From assembly GCA_040285855.1 (NCBI GenBank), contig JAUFOQ010000001.1:2542001-2606000 (forward strand): a stretch of 64,000 bases of DNA, in the 5' to 3' direction. The number at the start of each line of letters is the position of its first letter. Position 1 is the stretch's first letter. The notes below the pieces were generated by a model that saw only the letters and a list, made by a program, of their open reading frames with translations, made no database searches and was not told the origin of the DNA. This document shows positions 48,117-61,144 of the stretch, piece after piece. This stretch comes from Eukaryota sp. GEM-RC1. Its lineage: Eukaryota. The position numbers and the translations under genes were made by a program.

Positions 48117-48777
48117 TGTAGATGTCGAACACTGGTGCATACTCCCCAAAATCATTTTACCCCAAATACTCTTCACCCCATAACCACATATCCCCAAACT
48201 GATACACTTATACCTTCTTTGATGGATTCCATACATCTCTTGATATCCAGTGTTGAGCTTCTTTCAAGATAGAGACGTGTTTGCAGGTATTCGTTCTTAG
48301 ACTTGTGAACCGTGTTCAACCATGTCATGAATAAAATCAACGTTGTACAACCATCTTACAACACATACATCACATTGACATCTTATCCTCCAAAGGAAAA
48401 CACTAAGGTTCGCTACAACTCTTCTGGTTTGCTACAACTATGATAGTGTAATACACTGATGTGTCTTCAGTCATTTTTGACTGTATTTTTGCATAGCTAA
48501 ATTGAAGCTAATGATGTGTTTGTAGACAGTACAATGTACCAAACTGACCAATTGCAGTTGTATTTATAGGAGTCAGATCAAATTCTGAATTGACTGCACA
48601 CAAATAATTGCACCTCAATACATGCCCTTTACTTTAACAAACTGGGACCTTCTTCTAGATGGCGAAGAATTTCAACAACTTCGTCAGGATGCTATCTGGA
48701 ATGAGACTAAGGTCAACGACATCAAGTCCATGAAGCTTCCACAGAAGACTCAAAGACACAAAGTTATAACTACATGT

Positions 48778-49308
48778 ACAACATTTGGTGATACAACATT
48801 TGTAATGACAACATTTGGTGATACAACATTTGTAATGACAACATTTGTAACTACAACATTTGGTGATACAACATTTGTAATGACAACATTTGTAACTACA
48901 ACATTTGGTGATACAACATTTGTAATGACAACATTTGGTGATACAACATTTGTAATGACAACATTTGTAATGACAACATTTGGTGATACAACATTTGTAA
49001 CTACAACATTTGGTGATACAACATTTGTAATGACAACATTTGTAATGACAACATTTGGTGATACAACATTTGTAATGACAACATTTGTAATGACAACATT
49101 TGGTGATACAACATTTGTAATGACAACATTTGGTGATACAACATTTGGTGATACAACATTTGGTGATACAACATTTGTAATGACAACATTTGTAACTACA
49201 ACATTTGTAATGACAACATTTGTAACTACAACATTTGTAACTACAACAATTGTAATGACAACATTTGTAACTACAACATTTGTAATGACAACATTTGGTG
49301 ATACAACA
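48778..49308. repeat. 15-bp minisatellite, 35 units in three main variants
   Basis: ACAACATTT+GGTGAT / +GTAATG / +GTAACT in irregular order (525 bp plus a partial unit). Confidence 0.97.
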
Positions 49309-49410
49309 GTGTCGTATGTGTAATGAATTGTTGACATTGATATTTTTTTCTTCTATATATAATGTCGTTAAACACAACCAATACAATATACAATCTCAAT
49401 TTAAACAAAC

Positions 49411-51211
49411 TTAACTAACACTACTATATCCCCCCATCACCCTCGCAAACATCACAGCCAACGAAAACGACTCCTTATATCCAATCCCACAACAATACTC
49501 ACACATCACTTCACGAAATTCCTCCAATATTCCTAAACACTGTTCATCACAAGCCAATTCATCATTTAAATCTAGTATCGACACAATCAAAGTATTGGTC
49601 AACGACAACACATTAAAGTACTTGTCCCTATCATTCAAATGAAAACTCAAAATTTTGGCCATCAATAAATTTAAATCTTTTAACAATTGCAGTTTCAATT
49701 TCATATTTGAAAGACTGTTTGGTGTTGTATCACCATGGTTCCAGTGCAGTGGTACAATATTGTGGACAATTGTGAGAACTTTTGTTTCTGTCTGCATTGC
49801 AATACTATGAGTATTGTTCAAGTTGTTTTCAAGGTCTGTCTGAATACCAAGAGAATTTGTTATTCTGTTGATAGATTCAGTGGGCTCATGATCTGTAACT
49901 TTTTTTGATAATTTCAAACTAGGTAAATTCGAATTTGGTTTGAGAGTATTTCGAGACAATAGATTTGGTCTCAATTTAGGCAAAGTAGTAACTTTGGTTG
50001 TTTTTTTCAGTTTTGGCACAGGCTTGTTAAAAATTAAATCAGAATTGATGGCACTTACACTTTGACCATTGAGACACTCATCTTCATCATCATTCACAAC
50101 AAAATCATTCATACTAGACGACGCATCGTCATCATCAGTTTCATCATCTCCACTATCACTTCCAGAGACAACAACTTCATTATCGAATAATTCTAAAACT
50201 GAATTAGAAGTGGTATTCAAATTTTCAATTTTTGGAACATCTTTTTCCACCAAATCTTCCTTAACTTCTTCACTGACTGGATCAAGAACATCAACAGTTT
50301 CTATACTTTCACCAACAATAGAAATAATATTTGACGAAAAGTCATCAAAAGTCTTCAACACAGAAGGCCAATTTCTAACAATTTTTTCATCTTCTAATGG
50401 CAAAGGATAAAGAGGTTTTGTAACTGGTCGACAGGGGTGAAAAGTGGAATAATACCACTGATAAAGATCAATTCTTGGTTTGGGAAATCTTGAAGAAATA
50501 TCTAAAATTTTGATTGAGTTCCAGTTCTTCACCCTACTCAATGTAACGTACAATTGGGCATACTCCCAAAAATTTAAGGAAACTTCAATTCCTTCAATTG
50601 TTAGACCCTGAGATCTATGGACTGTTATTGCCCAACAAGGACGAAGAGGATATTGCAATCGGGATGCTATAATTACAGGCTTTTTCTTCTCATTCAACAC
50701 CTCAATTTCAAATTTAGTCGGAATAATTTTGATTGGTTCTTCGTCCCTCCCGAATCTTACATTAATGAAATGTGAACTTTCCGAAAAATCAATAATTTTG
50801 CCTTTTGACCCATTTACTAGGCCCAGATCTGGTTTGCTTTGGGTAAACATTACCAAACCCCCGACGACACAGTGAAATTTTTGTTCGGCAAAATCGTTTA
50901 GCCTACTTGATAATTTTTTTTACATTTAAATCAACAGCCTTTTCCATTTGTTCCTCATTAGGCTTACCAAATGCCCAACTTTTAACAATTTCTGATTTAA
51001 TTAAGGGTTCATTGAACTTATCGAGGGAATGAAATTCAACATTTTCATTCCCTTGTTCACATAATAATTCAAATTGCTTTAAATTTTCGTCGGCGACATC
51101 CTTGTTTCTAGCAAATAATTTGGTTGGACTTTCAATATTTTTGGCTAATGACTTATGTTTCAATAAAATATGTTTCATATAGTCATTTTTCAGTGTATGA
51201 TGTTGATACAA
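49411..51211 (-). CDS. PIF1-family (SF1B) DNA helicase, C-terminal half only, with long acidic tail
   Basis: KLFARNKDVADEN (motif IV), GLVNGSKG, RLQYPLRPCWAITVHRSQGLT (V), QLYVTLSRV (VI). The two ORFs join if one base is removed from the 8-T run at about 50914-50921. No Walker A/B visible. Confidence 0.8.
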
Positions 51212-51228
51212 ATCAATTTACACTGGAA

Positions 51229-54200
51229 ATGTACAGAGTAAACCAAGAAGTTATTAAAGATTTTGCTAAATCGACAGAAGCTGTTCCAAATTTTCAAACA
51301 TTGGTCTTTGATATTGCGCAAATTCTTCTGTTAATTGAAGAGGACGAAGACACTGAAAAGATTGATACTGAAAAGAATGATACTGAAACAGCTGAATCCG
51401 ATCAATTGTATACTCAAAATGCTCTTAATGATATGTGGAATCAATTTAAGGCTATCAGAGATTCATCATGGACTTCTCAACTACTGTCAAGATTTTTTAA
51501 TTTGTGTTCTGTAATTGAATATTATATGTATGTGGATACAGCTGATGTCATCCGTATTGAGAAGGAAACAGTCATTGAAACTGAAAAGATGAAGAAACAG
51601 GAAACATCATTGAAACTGAAAAGAAGTTGAAAATAGAAAAGTTATCCGACATAGGTATACCTTATTGGAGAATTTTTTTGGAACAAGGTTTTGTTGCTCA
51701 AACTAGAAGCAAGGGAAAGAACTTTTATGAATAAGAAAACCCATACTATAAGACGATGACGATCCACGTCATCACTCGTCAACACTACCTCTTCTTTCTC
51801 TTTTCGAAGAGATACTTTCCAGAGGATTCAAGAAATGATTGGCGTAATTAGACGATGTGCTTATGGAATTCACTTGATGGACTTTGAGAGGACATTCTCT
51901 TGCAAAATGACCCGTTTTGTTGCACTTGAAACAAGTACCTTCTTGTAACCGTGAAGAGCGTGTGAAAGTCCTACTACGTTTCACGTCACTGTTCGTACTT
52001 GGAATATCAGAGTCAAGAGATTCATTTCGGGTGTCTCTCTTTGTCCATAAAGACACTCGGGCAAGATCGACTAGCTCGTCGGTAAGGGTAGATACCAAAG
52101 AAGGCAAGTCTGTGATGAGAGAATCTTTTATCCTTGATATCAAGGACGAGCGTAAGCCTGAAGGGTAAACACCCTTCGCAAACCGGATAAGAAGAGAGGA
52201 GTCAGGTAAACCAATCCCGGAAGCCCTACTACGTACCTGTAGGAATTGCCTAAGGTAAGCGGACACACGTTCACGGGGGTTCCCTATACGGACATCCAGT
52301 TTCAGCTTATCAGCGGCTGCTACGAATTCTTCATAACTGCTAAATACAATTAGAGACTGAAGATGCTCCAGGAAGGCATCATCCGAAGCGTTGCACTCAG
52401 GGTTGCAAAGGACAAGCGCTTCTAACAGGAAAGGATCTGCGAGTAATCGAGCTGGTACTAAAACCTTTTTGTCACAGACGGAACGATAAGTCTTCCATTG
52501 TTGAATGAAAGAACAGATCTCCTCTTCGTCTAGGGAAGACAGACTGGGTCGCGTGTGTAAACAGGACGACATAGAAAGGCACAATAATTATTGTTGCTCA
52601 AACTAGAAGCAAGGGAAAGAACTTTTATGAATAAGAAAACCTATACTATAAGACGATGACGATCCACGTCATCACTCGTCAACAGTTTGAAAGTGCAAGT
52701 ATGTTGCTGTTCCAATTGTCTTTTTGTGCCTATCATCATTATACTGCACAAACTTCTCCATGTCTTACGTCTTTTTGTCTATCGGCTATTAATTATTTAG
52801 TCTCAATGACATGGTATCTGCCAAATCACCAAGACTACTGTGAGTTATTCGACATATACACAAAATGGAGACATCCCCCTCTATTTTTAAAAAGAACATG
52901 AAACGGTGGAGATTGCACTGCCACAAGAGGAAAAAGTTGACTCTATTGAATATCCCATCAATACCTCAAAATTAGCTAATCTAAAATCTTTTGTCCGACT
53001 GAGCGAATTTCTAAGTTCGGTTGTTGATATTTTGACCAAAAATGATGAATGGAATACTGCCGTTGACGCTGACCAGCTTAACTTTGAATTGGTGTTGTCA
53101 TGTCTGCGGTTAATTCATAGTGCACGGAATTGCCGTATTGCCTTTGTCAATGAAGGATTACAAACTTTTTCGATCTGATTGAGATGATTCGTCTAAATTA
53201 TATTGATGATAATTGTATTATTCGTTTCATCGTTTCTGGTGAAACAGGTTCGGGTAAATCAGTTTTAACTGGCGTTGTTGTTGTCATGGTTACTCTGGAA
53301 CCCATCATTGTCTGCCAACCACGAATTTTACCAGCAACAAAACTATCAAATTTTATCAACGATTTGTGTGATACTACTTTTCCCTTGTCTGGATACCGTA
53401 CAGGCAATAAGAACACAAATATCCCTCTGAATTCACACAGGTTTATTGAAGTTCAAACTGCTGCTTATACTTCTAAATTTATAACGAACAACAAAAATGT
53501 TGAAAAATTTATGACAATTATGGTTGATGAAGTCCATGAACGAAAATGTGATATTGACATTTTGTTAGCTCAGCTGAGGATTATTTCTCGAACTCCTCGA
53601 TCTCCTTTAGGGCACAAATTGAGGGTTGTCGTTTGTTCAGCTACTATGGACACTCCAAATCCTTGTTTCAGATATTTAACTCAGGATTGTAGGAACCAGT
53701 CATTTTATTTGAATTGTGAAAACAATTATACCATCCATGCTACTGGCAGAACCAACCCACTTGTTGTTGTTGACTATGACTGCATTAGTGTCAATACTTT
53801 TTCCCAGACACCGTTGGTAGTCAACTTATCCAAATCAGACTTTTCGAAGATCGTGAGGTTCTACGCCATTTTAAGTACCACTTTTGTAAAATATATCAAT
53901 ATTTTACTAGCAGTGTCTGTCGTTACTACTCTCATTTCGTCAAAAATTTGAACCCAATTTCACACAAGAGTATAAACTTCAAAGCATTGGCTCAAGTTTG
54001 TCTCTGTTATTACTCGCTTGCACAGTCAATATTCAAGCGGTTTTCTCACTGTGAAGGATTTACGTTGCTTGTGTTTCTTCCTGGTAGTCCAGAAATTACT
54101 ACGCTTACTCAGTACATTGAGAATGAGTATACATTTCTCCTTAAACAGAAAAAAACCTGATCTTGATGTATCACGTACAGTTAAACCAAATGTTCATCCT

Positions 54201-57200
54201 TTATATTCAAGCCTGGATTCGAATCAACAAGACACGGCAGTGGCGAAACCAATGGAGAATCAATTCAAAATTGTTCTTGCTACAAATATAGCAGAATCTT
54301 CACTAACAATTGACGGTGTGAAATTTGTCATTGACTGTGGGTTGTCGAAACAAACGGATGTTGATGATCTTCTGGAAACTTACCATTGCTCCATTGCTTC
54401 TTTGGACCAGCGCTCTGGTCGTGCTGGTAGAAATTCAGCTGGATTTGCGTTACGTCTTGTAAGTACAAAATTCCTTCCAAACCGTTTTCCACGACTAGAC
54501 TACGACAAACCTGAAATATTGACATGCTCATTAATTGAACCATTGTTGACGATGAAACAAATTGCTACTGGCCCTTTCATCAACGAACTGCCAGATATTC
54601 CTTCATCAGAGAATATCCTATCTACAGTTGATGTGCTCTTCCGCAACAATGTTCTCACACAAAACAACCTCGATTCTGAGTTGACTTGTTTGGGGAAGTT
54701 GTGCAGTAAGGCGAATATTTCGTTCTTCAATTTTAAATTCTTGTTTTATTGTGTTAAAAATGATTATCTCTCTCAAGGGTTGATTATGTTAGCTGGTATC
54801 AACTCTATGTCGTTTCTTCGCTGTCATCGTACTTTTGATTCATTTTATGATTTATTCAAATTTTCAGAATCAATTGATGTATTAAAATCTCTATCAACTT
54901 TGGGTAATGATGAGGAAATTTCTGAATTTGTTTGTTCAGATATGTTTTTAAAATTATCACTGGTTGATTACATTTTTCGTGCAAAATTTACTAAACTTCC
55001 GGTTGAAAAATACGATTCAACAGAACCAAGGTATAAAGGCGCTATTGATAATCTATCTAGATATGTACATTTAAAAAAACTAGAGAGATATTTGAATGAA
55101 CTAAGATCTCTTGTTTCACGGTTCCAGTATATGGAAGACTCCCCACCTACTCTTGTAAAAAAAATTAGTTAATCTTAAGTCCACTGCCTTGATGCTGTTA
55201 AATTTTGTTACCAATCCTTCCGAATCTACTCTCGTTGAATTTCTTCAACAATCATCGATTTTTTGTTGTACTTTTTGTGACTCTTCAAATTCAGCAATGA
55301 CTTTCTACCAAGCAGTTGTGGCCTCGTATCCCAATAAGGCCTTCCACACAACTGTGGTAAACAAGTCATCTTCTCAAATCCAATTGAAACTGTATGGCAG
55401 AGTTAAAGACAAAGAATCTTTTGACAAATTTATTGAAACGTTGTTTGGTAAACAGTTTGTTGTTAAAGGGTTGTTAAAACAGGGTAAGACTCCGAATTTT
55501 GGTATCTACTTACAAGACAATGAAAGTTCCACTGCAATATTTACATCAGAATTTTCTGATGAGTATCGAGATCAATTGTTCATTCACAAGTGTAGTGGAA
55601 ATGTAAGTTCAATTAAGAAGTTCAAAATCAAATTGTACTTTGACCACAATAGATTCTTCAGTGGTCGTACGATTGTATGGAATAAGGCAACAGAATTTAT
55701 TAAAGACAAATCTTTTTGGGAAATGTATAGTCAATTGTATCATTGGGATCACATTGAATGTTGTGAGAAAAAAACTATTATGCTACAATTTGAAGTTGCT
55801 GTAAAACCATGTACTGATTTAATTCAGTACAATCGTCTTGACTATGAGAAATTTTATACAGTCAACTATAACAAGACACTGTTTCCTCTTCCTACTGTTC
55901 TAGCTCCTACTAGTGATACTGCAAGTTACCACAATGGAATTTTTGTTGGAGACAAGCTGCCCCAATTATTATCATTTATCCCGTGCACAACTAATTTGTT
56001 CATCATATGGTTAATGAACTTCAATATTAATTCAGAATCAGAATTAGAATTTGAAAAACCAGTTGTCAAGATCGGTAGACCAGATCACTGTTCTGACAAC
56101 AATTATCTTCAATTATATTTATTAAGTCACGAGCTAGATCTTAGTGGAATATTTCAAGTTAAACGTCTCTGTAATGTGTTCTGGTCTTATCAAGAATCAT
56201 TTATTAAATCAACTTTTGGATGTATCAACAGATTACGCATTCTGGTATATTTGACTGAACAAGGAATTGTTTCTTCAGTTGATTTATCCGCTTTTTATCA
56301 AAGAATTGCTTGTATTGATTTGAGTAGATTTAAGGATCAATCAGTTGCTGTGGATTTTGTCGAAAGAAGACATCATCATTTTCAACTTTTGAAATTTCAA
56401 TTGAGAGATGAAAGCAACATGTTGATGTGTTTTAATCCTTCGTGTCCAATCTGTGGGATACTATCTGTTGATCTAAATTCTATTTTGAATTCTGAAATTA
56501 CAGTTCGTACTGAACAAATGATTGCTGAAGGTACTGAAATTGCTGAAGGTACTGAACAAATGATTGCTGAAGGTACTGAACAAATGATTGCTGAAGGTAC
56601 TGAACAAATGATTGCTGAAGGTACTGAAATTGCTGAAGGTACTGAACAAATGATTGTTGAAGCTACTGAAGAACCATGTGTTAGTGATTTATTGTCTTGG
56701 ACTAATACCAATTGTAAGGTCAATACTTATTCTGCGACATATTTGGGACAAAGTTGTAAAATTCTGAATTTTGTACATAATTCAGGTTCTTTGTTCTATG
56801 TTGTATTTGAACAAGAGTTCAAAATCCACATTGGAACATTAGATTTGGCAGACAACAACAGTGTCGTTGAGCATGTGACGGAGGTTGAGGCTGTGACGGA
56901 GTTCGATCCTACTCCTGTCGTGTTGTTTGTTGGCAAAAATTTTGTTTTCTACAACAATGGTAAAGTCCTCAAATTTTTTAAACGTAGCTCGGGAAGAGTT
57001 GAAGAATTCTGCAAACCCTTTGAACATCAATTAACAATGTTTGCTCTTCATGGCCAATTGGGTGGATATGCTGTACTAGTAGCTTCTATAGGTCCCAAAT
57101 TTTTTCTACATTACAAGAAGCCATCTGGAAAAGCTGGTCGAAAAGCATTGCCATGTGCACCAAATCGCAGTGACCCCAATGTTATTGACATGGTTGGTAC

Positions 57201-58380
57201 ATCCAATTCTTTCATTTGTATATCGAATTGTATATTGTCGGTTATTTCCAGTTACAGAAACTGACAAAAAAGACCTAGAATGGGATTCTCTTTCAATATT
57301 GTTAGATTTAGATGATTTAACAATTGAACGCGGAGAACAGTTCAAAAAATTAAGACGTTATGACAATTTGATATTAATTGTTGGTACATTTACCATCCGA
57401 AAGCTAGATTTGTATGAAAAGCAGCTGATTGATACAAAAGTAAAGGATCTTTGTACATGTCACCACGTTGACAGAATTATTGATGCAGTCTATGTACAAC
57501 GTTATGACACAATAATGTACATAACTGAATTAGGGTTTTGTATTGGTTTCGGTTTGAAACTGCCACTGAAACAAGTACAGTTTATAATTGACTGTTCAGT
57601 TGGTGCTTTAGCTGTTCAATTACAAAAAATTGAGTTTTGTAATGATTTGGATTCTTTTATCATTCTGAAAAATGATGGCACACTTTTTATTCTTTCAGCT
57701 TTATCTGTGCTGTGTATTTCTGGTGCATTTTTAGAAGTTCGTGATGTTCGTCACTGTGATGCAAAAGAAATTAATCAAATTTTTGAACAACGATGTCTTG
57801 AACTACGTGCTTTTCATACACAGTTGACTCAAGAACCGTCTCAATCTATTTCTGAATCAGTCGTTGAGATTTCTGAGAATGAAGACAAAGCTTTTGTCCT
57901 CGTTGATACATCACCAAAACTGCAATTCATCATTTGTGTCTCAACTGTGGATGAGAATATCAGCTATGTCAAGCATTTGTTAAGTCAAGTCTCTGTCAAG
58001 TCTCTGCAAAGGTGCTAATTACAACTGATGTAAATTCACCGAAATTATATCAAAATCTCAGACGTGATCAGTCAGTTCCTTTTACCGTGGTTGAACTGAC
58101 CGGGAAACAAAGTAAACGTTCCAAGGATTACAGTCTCAGTCAATTCAAGAAGGATGATAAGTCTGTTATAATGATTAGTACTACTCAATTAGCGGTTAAC
58201 CATTCTGTTCAGGCTGATCTTTGTATAATCTTTGATCTACCAAGTGATGCCAAACTTGTTGCCAAATTGTATGAACAAAATCAAAAAATCGTAATCTTTT
58301 ACGATTCTATCAGTGATAAAGACAAAAAGCAAAATTTGCAAAAAAAACTTCTTTGGACCCTCAGGATTGCCAACACCTGA
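51229..58380 (+). CDS. Giant (~2,050-aa reconstructed) DEAH/RHA helicase, fragmented by homopolymer indels and an LTR insertion
   Basis: GETGSGKS, CQPRILPA, DEVH, SAT, VFLPG, PLYS, LATNIAESSLTIDGVKFVIDCG, QRSGRAGR, HA2-like LTCLG. Eight consecutive same-strand ORFs abut with no intergenic gaps. The C-terminus resembles a second helicase-C domain (F..DDKSVIMIST..CIIFDLP). True start uncertain. Confidence 0.78.
51692..52684 (-). mobile_element. Gag-only LTR retroelement (993 bp, 93-bp LTRs)
   Basis: LTRs 51692-51784 and 52592-52684 (TGTTG...CAACA, 1 mismatch), 4-bp TSD GTTT (51688-51691 and 52685-52688), minus-strand polypurine tract GAAAAGAGAAAGAAGAGGTAG abutting the 3' LTR. Confidence 0.93.
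51772..52572 (-). CDS. Retrotransposon Gag with CCHC zinc knuckle
   Basis: Intact ORF from MSSCLHTRP; capsid-like VSAYLRQF..FAKG..LRS and CFKCNKTGHFARECP. The stop lies inside the 3' LTR; no pol. Confidence 0.85.
   Translation of the reverse strand: MSSCLHTRPSLSSLDEEEICSFIQQWKTYRSVCDKKVLVPARLLADPFLLEALVLCNPECNASDDAFLEHLQSLIVFSSYEEFVAAADKLKLDVRIGNPRERVSAYLRQFLQVRSRASGIGLPDSSLLIRFAKGVYPSGLRSSLISRIKDSLITDLPSLVSTLTDELVDLARVSLWTKRDTRNESLDSDIPSTNSDVKRSRTFTRSSRLQEGTCFKCNKTGHFARECPLKVHQVNSISTSSNYANHFLNPLESISSKRERRGSVDE
56509..56670 (+). repeat. In-frame coding repeat (TEQMIAEG / TEIAEG units)
   Basis: 24- and 18-bp units ACTGAA(CAAATG)ATTGCTGAAGGT, about 7 copies, inside the helicase gene. Confidence 0.9.
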
Positions 58381-58806
58381 ATTGATGTAGTCTTTTAATA
58401 CTTCATTGATGTTTTTTATTATGTAGAACAATATACTTTATTACAATTTATCTTTATTTATCTTTATCTGGTCTAAATTTATAATTTATACCATGATTTT
58501 TCACATAAACTATGCTACCACATCTACACTGAATATGTAACAAATTGGTCTGGTTTTATATGTCACATTTTCTGACATACTAAATCTGTAACAAATTTCT
58601 GTCAGATTTCAGGTGGATGAAATTCACGGATTGTTCTGTATGTAATAACTATGTAACAAAACATTGATATTTAGACTACGTCTGACACATTTCATTGAAC
58701 ATTGTAATATTGTACAAATATTGTTTATTTGATGTGTTATTCTTATATGTTATACAAAATTATAAATACATCTATATTGTACTATTTATTCTCTATCACT
58801 ATCAAT

Positions 58807-60379
58807 TCATTTTTTTAAAGTCTTTTTGATTCCAAAAGCACTTGCAGTGGTTTTAATTCTTCGTTTTCCTGTTTTTTTCCCTAAAACGTCATTTTCGTCT
58901 TTTGTCTTTGACGATTTGTTTTCAAATTTTGTTGTTGAAACATCAATTACATTTTGTTCTGTCATCAAATCAGGTTGTACAGTCTGAAGTAGATCATACA
59001 TAACAAGACATGGATTTTTTCTTGATCTGTTAGTGTATAATTTTGTCTGATTTTGTTCCTGACGTGCATCAACCATTAATCCTTGTAAAATTAAAGTAAC
59101 ATTCAAACAGACAATCCATCCACAGATAAGAGACGATGTTGACTGTGCAAAAGGTATATAGTAGTCCACCTTATACTCTGGTAATCTTGCAAACAGATTT
59201 GTTTCCCCACATCCATAAACAGTTCTAAAAGGATTAACGATTAATTCAGTGGTTAATGAGTAATCCAAAGAATCATAAATATTGAATAATAAAACATTTG
59301 CTTCATTTAGAAACAATTCAATAAGAATCCAATGACCAGATCCTGCATCACCAGGAACATGTTCTTTCACCAAACATAATGGGGCAAGAATTCTTTTTCC
59401 TGATTTTAGTGTATCGACAATAGCCTTACCAGAATGTAAGGCATAGCATATTGGATCACCTACCAACTGTTGAGTTTCTTGAGATTGCAGGAACTTGTAC
59501 CTACTTGATTTAAATTTTTGGAATGCAAGCATCACAATGAAATCAAGTTCAGAACTCAACAAGAGTTGTGTTTTACCTTCTCTATCATCCTTTGTCAACA
59601 TTTGTTCAATATCACAAAATCCAAATTTTAATTTTGAATTTATGTAAAACTGATCACTGATTAAATCTACAGAAAGAATCAACGGGTTACGTTGTTTTTT
59701 GCGTTTCATAGGTTTAGATAAATTAGCATTATCAATGACCGGAACAGGAACTATTTCAGATGGTTCAGAGAAAATAGAATGAATATGATTGATTGCGAAG
59801 TTATCAATACGACGTTTTGGTGAAGGAAAAACGACTTGAGATGGAGTATCGTCAATGCGAGTAATGTCACAATCATGTAAAAGATTAGGAGATTGAGGCT
59901 GAGGAGGAGGAGGAGAAAGAGCAATTGTAACTCGTTTAACGTCTTTGAGTAGATCCTTAAGATGATTTAGAGTTGAAGTTGTTGAAGGAAGTGGAAGAGA
60001 TATGTCACGCTTCTCATAAGAACCATCAAAAGGAAAGAGATGAACAGTTTCTAGATCAACATCTAGCACAATGGCAACGGCTGATTTGTAGTTGAGGCAA
60101 AAATCCATGGTACCTTTTTTTGAGATCATCTGTCAAGTCAGAGGTTGAGACTTCCGTTATGTGGATAGATTTAGTTCTCCAAGAATTGTATGTTCCATAA
60201 GGAAGAAGAACAAGTGACAAGTTAACTGCATACTTATCAGCAAGCTTTACAACAAGTTTCATATATGTTTTGATGGTACGGGAACGACTTTCTTGTTCAG
60301 AAGTGTTTCTGAGTTTGAAGATTGAGTAGGACATGGGAAATTCTGGTATAGACTTTATTACAGATTTCGTTCCAGACAT
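58807..60379 (-). CDS. Ulp1/C48-family cysteine protease (~520 aa after joining)
   Basis: GSGHWILIELF (His), IYDSL (Asp), Q..SSLICGWIV (Gln/Cys). ORFs 60056-60379 and 58807-60129 join if one base is removed from the 7-T run at 60115-60121. Basic, NLS-like C-terminus. Confidence 0.75.
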
Positions 60380-60732
60380 GTGAATTTACATTCATTACTT
60401 CATTACTTATTGGAATTAATTCATTTTCTTCTCGTCTACGACTATACATGGCTTTATAGCAAATGAATTCAGAAGGGAACTAAGTCAATGAGTTTGGTTA
60501 TACGATTGACAGTCTTAAAGACTTCTTAAGTAATCACTAATGGTAACGGATGATGGTATAACATAAGAGTTGTTTTGATGTTTTGACACTCTACTGACTA
60601 CAAGTGATAGTAGAATTGTACTGTAGTCTAGACTACAGGGATGACTGAAACATTTCATTTTCCTCTCTCCACAAATGTTGGTTGTTTTACATTCTAACAG
60701 ACACTCTGTTCCGTACAAGGCTCCTCTTTTGG

Positions 60733-61144
60733 CCCAATATGAGGCGGAATCCCCTGCTTGGATTCTATCTCCGTTGAGTCGATATATGGATAGCTTTTTT
60801 CTCCTCTCCCGTTGATGTCATGCTGCCACCTTGTTATTTGTATTTGACCCAATATGAGGCGGAATCCCCTGCTTGGATTCTATCTCCGTTGAGTCGATAT
60901 ATGGATAGCTTTTTTCTCCTCTCCCGTTGATGTCATGCTGCCACCTTGTTATTTGTATTTGACCCAATATGAGGCGGAATCCCCTGCTTGGATTCTATCT
61001 CCGTTGAGTCGATATATGGATAGCTTTTTCTCCTCTCCCGTTGATGTCATGCTGCCACCTTGTTATTTGTATTTGACCCAATATGAGGCGGAATCCCCTG
61101 CTTGGATTCTATCTCCGTTGAGTCGATATATGGATAGCTTTTTC
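60733..61144 (+). repeat. Tandem array of ~3.6 units of 114-115 bp
   Basis: Units start at 60733, 60848, 60963 and 61077. They are identical except for a 5-T versus 6-T run. Confidence 0.97.

Noticed and set aside
48778..49308. CRISPR-like array (constant core with variable tails)
   Set aside because: Units are 15 bp with only three recurring 6-bp variants. There are no unique spacers and no cas genes, and the context is eukaryotic.
48655..49386. Cys-rich (KCCHY/KCCIT) and Val-rich ORFs on the minus strand
   Set aside because: They are by-products of the stop-free minisatellite; no independent evidence of coding.
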